Part shown: positions 1 through 10,206 of the stretch, in pieces
How the letters are laid out: every line of letters starts with the position of its first letter
How positions within the stretch are numbered: position 1 is the stretch's first letter
Source of the DNA: Eledone cirrhosa
Lineage: Eukaryota
Reading direction: 5' to 3'
DNA: 64,000 nucleotides
NCBI GenBank assembly: GCA_964016885.1
Contig: OZ024740.1
Span: 11,532,001-11,596,000 of the forward strand
Notes under the pieces: model-generated
What the model was told of the DNA's origin: nothing
The model's input: only the letters and a program-made list of their open reading frames with translations
The model's database searches: none
Program-made: the position numbers and the translations under genes

Positions 1-1982
1 CGTATTGAACAGAACAAATCTTGCAGTTTTGCTTTTTGTTACTCGCTGGTAAACATTCATAACCTTCCAGCTAGCTAATTCTATCGTATTCTCCAATTCC
101 TTAAATTCCTTAATTCCATCGTATTCCCAAACAAAAAAAAACAAAATCCTTCCCATTCTTAATTCTATCGTATCCTCCAATTCCCTAATTCTATCGTATT
201 CTCAAACAAAAAAACAAAAAACAACAAAATCCTTTCCATTCTACTTCTTATAATTTACTTTAAATATATATATCATGCTACCTCGAAAGTCAAAAATCCC
301 GCTCATACACCCCTCACCCACCATTTTCTTCACGAGGGGTTGCGGTCAGCCACTCTCTCTCTCTCTCTCTCCCCCTTCCCACTCTCTCTCTCTCTCTCTT
401 AGCTACACACACACACACACATATATATATAAGATAAATTCCCGTTCATGTTTATTCACTTTCGCCAAACAATTGCTGCTTCAACTACCCCTACTACGGT
501 GTAACCATGTAATCGTAACGTTCACGTTTTTCCTATCTCCTCCACACACCACAATTTCGTACAAACATCCAATCCCGCAAAATCCGAAATCTGTATTTTT
601 TGTTATTTATTAAGGTTTAAATACGGTGTTTTTGTCGTATTGAACAGAACAAATCTTGCAGTTTTGCTTTTTGTTACTCGCTGGTAAACATTCATAACCT
701 TCCAGCTAGCTAATTCTATCGTATTCTCCAATTCCTTAAATTCCTTAATTCCATCGTATTCCCAAACAAAAAAAAACAAAATCCTTCCCATTCTTAATTC
801 TATCGTATCCTCCAATTCCCTAATTCTATCGTATTCTCAAACAAAAAAACAAAAAACAACAAAATCCTTTCCATTCTACTTCTTATAATTTACTTTAAAT
901 ATATATATCATGCTACCTCGAAAGTCAAAAATCCCGCTCATACACCCCTCACCCACCATTTTCTTCACGAGGGGTTGCGGTCAGCCACTCTCTCTCTCTC
1001 TCTCTCCCCCTTCCCACTCTCTCTCTCTCTCTCTTAGCTACACACACACACACACATATATATATAAGATAAATTCCCGTTCATGTTTATTCACTTTCGC
1101 CAAACAATTGCTGCTTCAACTACCCCTACTACGGTGTAACCATGTAATCGTAACGTTCACGTTTTTCCTATCTCCTCCACACACCACAATTTCGTACAAA
1201 CATCCAATCCCGCAAAATCCGAAATCTGTATTTTTTGTTATTTATTAAGGTTTAAATACGGTGTTTTTGTCGTATTGAACAGAACAAATCTTGCAGTTTT
1301 GCTTTTTGTTACTCGCTGGTAAACATTCATAACCTTCCAGCTAGCTAATTCTATCGTATTCTCCAATTCCTTAAATTCCTTAATTCCATCGTATTCCCAA
1401 ACAAAAAAAAACAAAATCCTTCCCATTCTTAATTCTATCGTATCCTCCAATTCCCTAATTCTATCGTATTCTCAAACAAAAAAACAAAAAACAACAAAAT
1501 CCTTTCCATTCTACTTCTTATAATTTACTTTAAATATATATATCATGCTACCTCGAAAGTCAAAAATCCCGCTCATACACCCCTCACCCACCATTTTCTT
1601 CACGAGGGGTTGCGGTCAGCCACTCTCTCTCTCTCTCTCTCCCCCTTCCCACTCTCTCTCTCTCTCTCTTAGCTACACACACACACACACATATATATAT
1701 AAGATAAATTCCCGTTCATGTTTATTCACTTTCGCCAAACAATTGCTGCTTCAACTACCCCTACTACGGTGTAACCATGTAATCGTAACGTTCACGTTTT
1801 TCCTATCTCCTCCACACACCACAATTTCGTACAAACATCCAATCCCGCAAAATCCGAAATCTGTATTTTTTGTTATTTATTAAGGTTTAAATACGGTGTT
1901 TTTGTCGTATTGAACAGAACAAATCTTGCAGTTTTGCTTTTTGTTACTCGCTGGTAAACATTCATAACCTTCCAGCTAGCTA
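1..1982 (+). repeat. 635-bp tandem array (3 full units plus a partial unit, cut by the window start), directly upstream of an RTE LINE 5' UTR
   Basis: Same sequence recurs at an exact 635-bp period (identical 112-aa ORFs at 275, 910, 1545). Units 78-712, 713-1347, 1348-1982; no differences seen by eye. The last unit runs straight into the LINE 5' UTR. Confidence 0.95.
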
Positions 1983-1994
1983 CCCCACATCCCT

Positions 1995-2145
1995 CCCACC
2001 CGCCCCCACACACCACCATTCTTAATACGTGGACCAATCATAAGCCAGAGACCCCCCCCACACGCATCACCATTATTACTATAAGCCAGAGACCCCCCCC
2101 CCCCACACGCATCACCATTATTATTATTACGCGGACCAATCATAA
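1995..2145 (+). promoter_or_regulatory. Putative internal Pol II promoter in the LINE 5' UTR (GC box and two CCAAT boxes)
   Basis: CCCGCCCCC near 2000 and GGACCAATCA at ~2031 and ~2133. The diverged minus-strand copy (29230-29340) keeps GCCGCCCCC and GGGCCAATTA in the same order. Confidence 0.45.
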
Positions 2146-2174
2146 GCCAGAGGCCTATACTATCGCTTGCACGG

Positions 2175-5100
2175 TTGCCTTCGATATATGATGGATGGAT
2201 GGATGGATGGACGGACTGCGGAATCCTGGAGAGTGGAGGGGAGAGAAAAATCTGGACGCTCAGAGCGAAAATGCCAATGCTAAAGTCAAATTCACCTCGT
2301 GGACGAGAATGCGAGCACTCTTCTTTGTTTCGCCCGCGGATGGCTAACATAACCCCATCTCCCCCCGCCCCACACCACCCCCACCCTCCAAACGCGATCC
2401 AAAACTTCAGAGTTGGTACCATAAATGTAGGCACCCTAAAGGGGCGCGCTAACGAGGTTGTAGAAATGCTTGAACGTAAGGAGGTCGATGTTTGTTGTAT
2501 TCAAGAGACCAGGTGGAGGGGTGGGTCTGCTAGATTCATTGAGGGTAAAAAACGATGTTATAAGCTTTTCTGGGTGGGAAACGACGATGGGCTGGGTGGA
2601 GTAGGAATCATGGTAGCAGAAAAGTGGGCGGATAAGATAATAGACGTAAATAGAGTGAACGACAGAATAATTAAAATACGACTTGTCCTCAATAGAACTA
2701 CGGTGACAGTAATATCTGCGTATGCACCCCAATCCGGACTGCCCGGCACTATAAAAGACAGATTCTATGAGACACTGATGCTCACTACCTCCCAAATATC
2801 TGACAGTGACTATATAATTATTGCAGGCGACCTAAATGGTCACGTTGGGCAACATTGTGACGGCTACGACGAAATCCATGGAGGCTATGGGTTTGGTACT
2901 AGAAATGAGGAAGGCTCCAGAATCCTGGAATTCTGTGATGCAAATAACCTAACTATCTGTAACACTAACTTCAAAAAACGTGACAATCACCTGATCACCT
3001 ATAGATCCGGGGAACACACAAGCCAGGTAGATTATATCCTTACCAGAAGACGTGACAGAGTGTCTGTTGTAAACACTAAATCCCTCCCCCATGAAGAATG
3101 CACCTCCCAACATAGACTGATAATTAGCGACCTCATAGTCAGGTCGAGACGTACTCGACAGCAGAAGAGGACTATCCTCAGGAGAAAAATATGGAAGCTA
3201 AAGGACCCCACAGCCAAAAATAAATTTCAAAACATATTACTTGATGCTTTCGACAGTAAGGAAGAACACTTAGAGTCGGACAATATAGAGGGACAGTGGG
3301 AATTTCTGAAAGCAAACCTGCTGTTGGCCACAGACGAAGTCTGTGGCTGGAGCAGGCCTGTAGGCAGGAGGAGAGTAACATGGTGGTGGAACAGTAAGGT
3401 GGAGGAGTCAATTAAGGCCAAAAAGCAGGCTTGGAAAGTATGGCGGGATGGGGGAAGTAGAGTAGACTATCAAGTGGCCAGGAGGGAAGCTAGGAGAGAA
3501 GTGTACTTAGCAAGAAGGGAAGCTGAGGAAAGAAAGTTCAAGCATGTCCTACAACGCGATGACCAAAAACGTGAGGTGTTCAGGATTGCTAGGCAATGCG
3601 TCAAGGAAAACCGTGATATTGTCGGGGAGAAGTGTGTACTTAACGATGATGGCATACTTGCCATCACCGACACTGATAAGAAGGCAGCTTGGAAGTGTCA
3701 CTATGAAAGGCTACTAAATGAGGAGAATAAATGGGAGAAAGACAGTCTCCCCCATGTCGACCCAATAGAGGGACCAGCAGTGTTAGTCGAGGGGAGTATA
3801 ATAAGTAAGGCAATCAAGGATATGAAGACAGGTAAGGCGGCTGGGCCTTCGGAAATAGTTGCTGAGATGCTGAAGGCATCTGGCACGGTGGGACACACCA
3901 TGGTCACCCGCATAGTTAACCAAGTCGTACAGAATGGGGCTGTTCCGAAGGACTGGCATAGCAGCATCATCGTTAACTGTTATAAGGGTAAAGGAGACGC
4001 CCTAGATAGGAGTAACTATAGAGGCATTAAATTAATCGACCAGGTCATGAAGGTCACAGAAAAAGTAATAGCGCAACTAATCAGAGAGAGAATTGACCTA
4101 GATGAAATGCAGTTCGGGTTTGTGTCAGGCAAAAGTACCACAGACGCTCTTTTCATAGTACGACAACTACAGGAGAAGTACCTAGCTAAAGGTAAACCCC
4201 TCTACTTAGCTTTTGTCGACTTGGAGAAAGCCTTCGACAGAGTCCCCCGCTCCATTATCTGGTGGGCTCTTAGAAAACTAGGCGTTGACGAATGGCTTGT
4301 GAGGGCTATACAAGCCATGTATAAAGAAACAGTCAGCAAGGTTAGAATTAACAACGAATATAGTGAAGAGTTTAGCGTAAAAGTTGGCGTCCATCAGGGC
4401 TCTGTTCTCAGCCCCCTACTATTTATTATTGCCCTTCAGGCTATAACAGAGGAGTTCAAGACAGGCTGCCCATGGGAACTCCTATACGCAGACGACCTGA
4501 CACTCATAGCGGAATCAATGGCCGAGCTAGAGAAGAAATTCCAAACATGGAAGCACGGCCTAGAGTCAAAAGGACTTAAAATTAACCTGGCTAAGACCAA
4601 AGTTCTAGTTTGTAGGAAAGAAAACAAGGCGGCGGTCCCTTCTGGGAAATGGTCGTGCTCGGTGTGTAGGAAAGGCGTAGGTAGAAACTCCATTTTGTGT
4701 CCTAAATGCAAAGTATGGGTGCATAAAAGATGTAGTGGGATCACAGGTAAGCTAACTAAGAACATAGATTTTACATGTGGCCGGTGTTCTGGTGCAATAA
4801 GTAGCAGCAAGTGCCCACACAATACTAGCTCTTTCAATTGCGCAGAGGGTTCTATAGAAATAGTGGACAGCTTCCGTTACCTGGGCGATAAAATCAGCAG
4901 TGGGGGAGGGTGCTCTGAAAGTACTGTAGCTAGAGTCAGAACTGGTTGGAAAAAGTTCAGAGAGCTTATACCACTATTAGCTGCTAAAGGGTTCTCCCTA
5001 AAAATGAAAGGCAGGTTGTACGATGCCTGCATACGAACAGCAATGTTGCATGGCAGTGAGACCTGGGCATTGTGTGCAGAGGATATACGCAGACTAGAGA

Positions 5101-5453
5101 GGAACGAAGCTTGCATGCTCCGCTGGATGTGTAACAGTAATATACGTGAACGGCAAAGCATAAACGAACTAAGGAAAAAATTAGAGATAAGAGGGATCAG
5201 ATGTTGTTTACTCGAGAGAAGGCTACGTTGGTATGGACACGTGATGCGCATGAAAGTCGATAGCTGTATAACAAAGTGCAGGGCAATAAAGATAGACGGT
5301 AGCCACGGAATAGGCAGACCTAGAAAAACCTGGGACGAGCTGATAAACTCCGACCTCACACACTTACACCTCTCCAAGACAATGTCACTGGACCGAGACC
5401 TTTGGCGGTACTCAGTAACAGAGAAGACCCGCCTTGCCAGTAGGCATCTCTAA
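2175..5453 (+). CDS. RTE LINE ORF: APE endonuclease + reverse transcriptase with inserted PHD finger
   Basis: 1092 codons, no stop. Endonuclease motifs GTINVGTL, CIQETRW, SAYAP, AGDLNGH, SQHRL; RT motifs [23 protein letters not shown] (4485-4496); C4HC3 finger at 4656-4787. The annotated start is TTG; the real start is more likely an in-frame ATG at 2202, 2271 or later. Confidence 0.92.
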   Translation: MPSIYDGWMDGWTDCGILESGGERKIWTLRAKMPMLKSNSPRGRECEHSSLFRPRMANITPSPPAPHHPHPPNAIQNFRVGTINVGTLKGRANEVVEMLERKEVDVCCIQETRWRGGSARFIEGKKRCYKLFWVGNDDGLGGVGIMVAEKWADKIIDVNRVNDRIIKIRLVLNRTTVTVISAYAPQSGLPGTIKDRFYETLMLTTSQISDSDYIIIAGDLNGHVGQHCDGYDEIHGGYGFGTRNEEGSRILEFCDANNLTICNTNFKKRDNHLITYRSGEHTSQVDYILTRRRDRVSVVNTKSLPHEECTSQHRLIISDLIVRSRRTRQQKRTILRRKIWKLKDPTAKNKFQNILLDAFDSKEEHLESDNIEGQWEFLKANLLLATDEVCGWSRPVGRRRVTWWWNSKVEESIKAKKQAWKVWRDGGSRVDYQVARREARREVYLARREAEERKFKHVLQRDDQKREVFRIARQCVKENRDIVGEKCVLNDDGILAITDTDKKAAWKCHYERLLNEENKWEKDSLPHVDPIEGPAVLVEGSIISKAIKDMKTGKAAGPSEIVAEMLKASGTVGHTMVTRIVNQVVQNGAVPKDWHSSIIVNCYKGKGDALDRSNYRGIKLIDQVMKVTEKVIAQLIRERIDLDEMQFGFVSGKSTTDALFIVRQLQEKYLAKGKPLYLAFVDLEKAFDRVPRSIIWWALRKLGVDEWLVRAIQAMYKETVSKVRINNEYSEEFSVKVGVHQGSVLSPLLFIIALQAITEEFKTGCPWELLYADDLTLIAESMAELEKKFQTWKHGLESKGLKINLAKTKVLVCRKENKAAVPSGKWSCSVCRKGVGRNSILCPKCKVWVHKRCSGITGKLTKNIDFTCGRCSGAISSSKCPHNTSSFNCAEGSIEIVDSFRYLGDKISSGGGCSESTVARVRTGWKKFRELIPLLAAKGFSLKMKGRLYDACIRTAMLHGSETWALCAEDIRRLERNEACMLRWMCNSNIRERQSINELRKKLEIRGIRCCLLERRLRWYGHVMRMKVDSCITKCRAIKIDGSHGIGRPRKTWDELINSDLTHLHLSKTMSLDRDLWRYSVTEKTRLASRHL

Positions 5454-5807
5454 CAAAATACACCCCGTCCCACCACCACCACCCCCACCCCATCCACACC
5501 ACCCCGTCCTATGTAAAGTTATGTTGGTGCCGCGCCATCCGGGCCGAAACAAATGAGATCGTGTAGGTGTCACGACAAAAAAACACACAGTCCACGCTGT
5601 AATGTGGCCGTGTAGGCAACACGGTAAAAACCTCCCAGACCCACACTGTAAATGTGGTTGGTGTTAGGAAGGGCATCCAACTGTAGAAAACCTGCCAGAC
5701 AGTCCTATGCGAGCAAGACAATCACTCTTGCCTCAAGTGGGACTACCCCCGTCCAAACCCATGCAAGCGTGGAACACGGACGTTAAACGTTGATGATGAT
5801 GATGATG

Positions 5808-5852
<45 letters not shown>

Positions 5853-5927
5853 GTATATGTATGTGTATATGTATATATATGTATATATCTATATATATAT
5901 ATGTGTATATGTATATATGTATATGTG

Positions 5928-5956
<29 letters not shown>

Positions 5957-5958
<2 letters not shown>

Positions 5959-6291
5959 CATCATCATCATCATTTTATGTCTGCTTGTTACCTGCTTGCA
6001 AGGGTGCGACAGGAACTGATTCTGGCTTGATTTCTACGGCTGGATGCCCTTCCTAACACCAACCTCATTTACAGTGAGTGCTGGGTGCTTTTTTTCTGTG
6101 GCACCTCCACGTCCACTTTGCAGTGGCATGATAGGGACCCCAGTCCTATCATCTCATTTCTACAGCTGAGTAAACTGGAGCAATGAGAAATAAAGCGTCT
6201 TGCTCAAGGAAACAACACATCACCTGGTTTGAGAATTGAATTCCCAACCTTTCGATTGCAAGGCCAATGCTCCACTAAGCCATGTGCCTCC
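5957..6291 (-). mobile_element. tRNA-derived CORE-type SINE with RTE-derived tail
   Basis: Read on the minus strand: GGAGGCACATGGCTTAGTGG (A box), B-box-like GAGTT/GAATTCAATTCTC, CORE-like CCTTGAGCAAGAC...CAGTTTACTCAGCTGTAGAAATGAG, AGGAAGGGCATCC tail segment, (GAT)n end. Several near-identical copies in the window. Confidence 0.85.
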
Positions 6292-6357
6292 ATTTCATAA
6301 TGAATATGAAGTCTGCCATGGAGCCTACAAGGCTGCCTCCTACTTCAGCAGTGAAAA

Positions 6358-6475
6358 GTTATAACTGTATATATATGTTATAACTGTATATGTTATAACT
6401 GTATATATGTTTGTTATAACTGTATATATATGTTATAACTGTATATGTTATAACTGTATATATATGTTATAACTG
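6358..6475. repeat. Minisatellite of GTTATAACTGTATA(TA)n units between two ~65-bp direct repeats
   Basis: About 7 units. The flanking block ATTTCATAATGAATATGAA...CTTCAGCA.TGAAAA occurs at ~6292-6357 and ~6582-6647. Confidence 0.8.
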
Positions 6476-7124
6476 TGTGTATCCAGTTTAGAATAAGTAC
6501 ACCATATCCCGGCATGTCAAAGGTAAATAGAGAGTTGGCACCAGGAAGAACATCTGAGCAGAAAACAATGTCTCAAAAAGGATTTCATAATGAATATGAA
6601 CTCTGCCATGGAGCCCACAAGGCTGCCTCCTACTTCAGCAATGAAAATGGCCTTTGAACCTTCGTTGTTATATTTAACTTCAATCATAGTAACTTTAAAG
6701 AAATGGCGAAGTGTTTGATTAAATGCCTTATGATGTTTGTTCCAGCTGTTTTTGAGGTCAACTTTGCCTTTCAACCTTCGGGGTGTGATGCATTACAAAA
6801 TTATTAGAAGGCCAGATGGGATGCCTTGTAGTATCTGTACCAACTCTGCGTTGTAAGTTCAAACCTTCCTCCTGTCCCCAGGAATATGGTAATAGTAGGA
6901 CTGGGACTCCTATCATAGAAGGCAGGCTAAACCCACACAGGTATGAGCCCTAACAACATTAACCCCACTTAGTTTTCTTTATCTCATTGGTAAATAAAAA
7001 AGCTAAAGGGCAATGCACCTTTTAATACCAACTTATTAACAGAGCATAAACCTCCATTGCTATGGATAGTCCCCAAATCTATCTCACCTATTATTTGTCC
7101 CAAAATACATTAAAGGAGTAGAGA

Positions 7125-7388
7125 TCACAGCTCTGATACTATGGGCATGTGGTTAGAATGTCTCAGGAAAGAATCGTTTGACAGATTTTATGGGCAAATC
7201 CAAGTGAAAGGAGACCCAGGGGTAGACCCCGAACAAGATGGTTGGATAACATCCATAGACATGGCTGGTCACACTTGGAGATCCAGCTGGATTAGTTGGA
7301 GATGGTTACTTCTGACAGGACCTGCTGGGAGGAGTGTTTGAGGACTCTGCCCTCACAACCCTCTCAGGAATAAGTGGGTGAAGAAGAG
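7125..7388 (+). mobile_element. Old RTE 3' fragment (separate family)
   Basis: Translates with stops to YGHVVRMSQER...RRPRGRPRTRWLDNI, the RTE C-terminal motif; ends in a short GAA repeat. Confidence 0.6.
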
Positions 7389-7607
7389 ATAGTCAATCAG
7401 AATTTCTGATATAAAGTCCCTCACACATTGCTTGCTTGTGTAAGAATAGTTGCTTTTACTGAGGAAGGCATGAGAGTCATTACTTCTCTTTTTCATCTTT
7501 GAGCGTTGATGCCTATTGAATATATCATTACCTTATTGTACTTAATTGCTTCTATTGTTGTTCTGAGTTAAAACCCTCTGACGATAGATTTTTACCTGTT
7601 ATCTTTT

Positions 7608-7830
7608 ATCATCAACGTTTTTAAAGCCTGTTTTTCCATGCTTGCATAGGTTGGAAGGGTCTTTTCAGTACAGCATCTCTTCACTCACTGTGTTCCTTTG
7701 TCATCTCTCCTGTGAGTCTCAGTGATTTGAGGTCAGCTTTCACCACTTCTGCCCATGTCTTCCTTGGTCTGCCTCTACTGCAGTTTCCCTCCACTGGGAT
7801 CTCCTGACACCTCTTCACCCAGCAATTATC
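7608..7830 (-). mobile_element. RTE 3' remnant with short 3' UTR (family D-like)
   Basis: Minus strand encodes [15 protein letters not shown], then the terminal hairpin and GAT tail. Resembles 39733-39968. Confidence 0.6.
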
Positions 7831-9216
7831 TTGGGTTTGATAAAATCAGAACAACTTAGCTGTTAGTTAATTTACAGAAAAATAACAAGATTACAGGGCC
7901 AGAATAAATACAGCAAGGTATTTATTCTGGCTCTTCACCTTCTGAGTTGAAATTCTGTCAATGTTAATTTTACTTAAGTTTTCTTCAAGGATGATAAAGT
8001 AACACTCCAGAACAGTGACCTGGTAGAATTGTTTTGGAAGCAGGTCATAATAACCAGAGCTTCTAAAACTTCCTTCAAATTTAAGTCTCCAAGACTTTCC
8101 TCAAAATTCTTGCTCTTCCTAACAAGGCTGTCTTATGTGTATATTGTTATTTCTATTCTGAGATTTCAAGCCAACTTCCTAATTTCCAGACACTGTTGTT
8201 TGAGATCCATATACTTGTTTATCTTGATTATAAAGGAGGTGGGTAGGCAAAATCGGTAGATCATCAGACAACATGCATATAGTTACAACCCTTTATGTTC
8301 TGAATTAGCTTTGCCTTTCATTTTTACTGGATCGATAAAATAAAATACCAGTAATACTCGGGTCGATTTAATTGATTTTATCCTTCTCTTCAAATTACTG
8401 ATGTTGTGCCTAAAATAAATGCAATCATTATTATAATCCATATCACAGACTGATCTTGTGTCAGTTTTACAGTCACAAGAGTAATTAATAACCAATAATC
8501 AGAGATAAATTACTAATCTTTCATGAGTTCAATTTTTTTAGTACCCTACTAAGGATCTTTGTAGTTGCTAATAGTGAGTTGTTTTTTCCTAATAGTTCTG
8601 TTTGTATTTGAATTCTGATCTTCTCCAATCATAATTTAATTTTCTTCGTGATTCTAAGAGTATTCCCTACAACTGGTACAATTTCAACTTTTTTTTATAC
8701 TTCCATATTCTAACAGTTTTCCATTTCAGATTTTGCTATTTCTGGATTATTTTCTAGTTCTTTCTCATACTCCCTGTTATCACTTGATGATACTCCCTAT
8801 TATCATTTGATGTTGCGACATTTTTGAACAGTGTCTCTCCTTTTTTTTTTTCGATGTCCTCAGGCATGCCTTCCAGCCGGTCATGTCAGAAGCAACCATC
8901 TCCAATTGATCTGACTGGATCCCTATTTGATAATATTGCATGTTGAAATCACAATTTTATTTCCTCATTTTCCTCTACTTACAGTTAAACCACCTATCAG
9001 CTCTGTTCAAATTGTATTTTGCTCACAGTTACCAATGAACAGTGCATGTAATATTGTTGTATTTTACATACTTTTTATCCCAGTTTACTGTGTTCACTCA
9101 CTATGGCTGATGCTGTCACCTTTTTTATCAAAAAGTCTACATGATTCCTCATCCTTATCTATGAAGTCTTTCATATAATTTGTTCTATGTGCCTGTTCTT
9201 GTGTTACACAGATTAA

Positions 9217-9496
9217 CCCTTTTGTTACCAACCTGGCCCAAACCGGCTCTGATTCTATGAAATAAAACCACCCATTTTAAAGATTTCCAATTTAAATTAA
9301 AACCTTCCAACATAATTCTATATAAGAACCTTAAGTTACCATCTTAGTAATGAAATTTAATAATTTTAGTATCATCATCATCATCGTTTAATGTCCATCT
9401 TCCACGCTAGCATGGGTTAGACGGTATATCTCTCCAAATTATTCATTAACTAATTGAAATAGAGTGTACTTCGTTAGAAATGCAGTCATGAAAGGG
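9217..9496. mobile_element. piggyBac-type MITE carrying a short inserted RTE tail
   Basis: TTAA|CCCTTT ... AAAGGG|TTAA ends (TTAA at 9213-9216 and 9497-9500). Internal ATCATCATC...CCACGCTAGCATGGGTTAGACGG at ~9370-9425. Confidence 0.7.
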
Positions 9497-9584
9497 TTAA
9501 TTCTTCAGTCCCATCCTTTAGATATTTTCACATTTCCTCCCATGTCTGTAGTGTTGAATAAAATACCATTGCAGTATATGTACT

Positions 9585-9870
9585 GACTGGGTTCAAATCT
9601 CGCTATGATCAATTTTGCGTTTCATCTCCTCGGAGTTAGTAAAATAAAATACCAGTCAAGTACTGGGGTTGATTCAATTTTGCTCTTCCCCAAAATTTGC
9701 TGGTCTTCTGTCTAAACTAGAAATCAGTATTTATTGAGTTCAAGTTCCACTGAGGTCAACTTTGCCTTTCATCCTTCCAGGATTGATAAAATAAAGTACC
9801 AGTTATGTACCGGGGTCAATATAATCCAACTTTCCCCTTTCTCCAAAGTTACTGGCCTTGTGCCAATCAT
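9585..9870 (+). mobile_element. Two degenerate copies of a second SINE family (B box plus a Meta-domain-like body)
   Basis: GAGTTCAA... followed by GGTCAACTTTGCCTTTCATCCTT..GG..GATAAAATAAAGTACCAG. Related pieces at ~6755, ~7940, ~8300, ~10800, ~15920. Resemblance to the MetaSINE central domain is from memory only. Confidence 0.55.
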
Positions 9871-10022
9871 CATCACCATTTTACGTGATGATGATAATGG
9901 TTGGCACAAGGCCAGTAGCTTGGGAGAAAGGGGAAAGTTAATTACTGTTGTGGGTAGCAGACCATGTGATGATATTTCAATATGTATTCTGTTTCAGTAA
10001 TTTTGTTGTTCTGTTCTGTTAG

Positions 10023-10206
10023 ATGGCTGAAAATGGACAGGAGGAATTAGATCCATCAATGGAAGATCAACTTTTAGCAGAAGACGAAGTTGAACCATCT
10101 ACAGAGACAACCATGGAGAATGGTCACTCCGATGATTATCAAAAATTAGTTGATCATGGAATTGATAAGAAGGTTGCTGATGAATTGATAAAAATATACA
10201 AAACTG
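10023..10206 (+). CDS. SYNCRIP: hnRNP Q/R (Syncrip) homolog, first coding exon
   Basis: Polypyrimidine tract and AG (10021-10022) directly before ATG. Encodes MAENGQ...DDYQKLVDHGIDKKVADELIKIYKTG, matching the start of the hnRNP Q/R N-terminal helical domain. Strong donor G|GTGAGT at 10207, phase 1. Confidence 0.88.

Larger units (their letters stand above)
1983..5813 (+). mobile_element. Full-length RTE-clade non-LTR retrotransposon (family A, copy A1), apparently intact
   Basis: 5' UTR, one long ORF with APE endonuclease and RT, ~340-nt 3' UTR ending in a stem-loop and (GAT)n tail at 5791-5813, then a (TA)n tract. Single ORF, C-terminal [10 protein letters not shown]...GRPRKTW motif and short-repeat tail are typical of RTE. 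Confidence 0.93.

Noticed and set aside
275-1883. Three identical 112-aa ORFs and two 70-aa antisense ORFs
   Set aside because: By-products of the 635-bp repeat; they read through CT/CA/TA microsatellites and show no domain.
1983-2400. HDV-like ribozyme in the RTE 5' UTR
   Set aside because: Known from some RTE elements, but I could not trace the nested double pseudoknot by eye; needs a descriptor search.
4436-5377. Recurrent antisense ORFs (133 aa and 166 aa) in family A copies
   Set aside because: They recur only because the copies are near-identical; no domain, and their lengths vary between copies.
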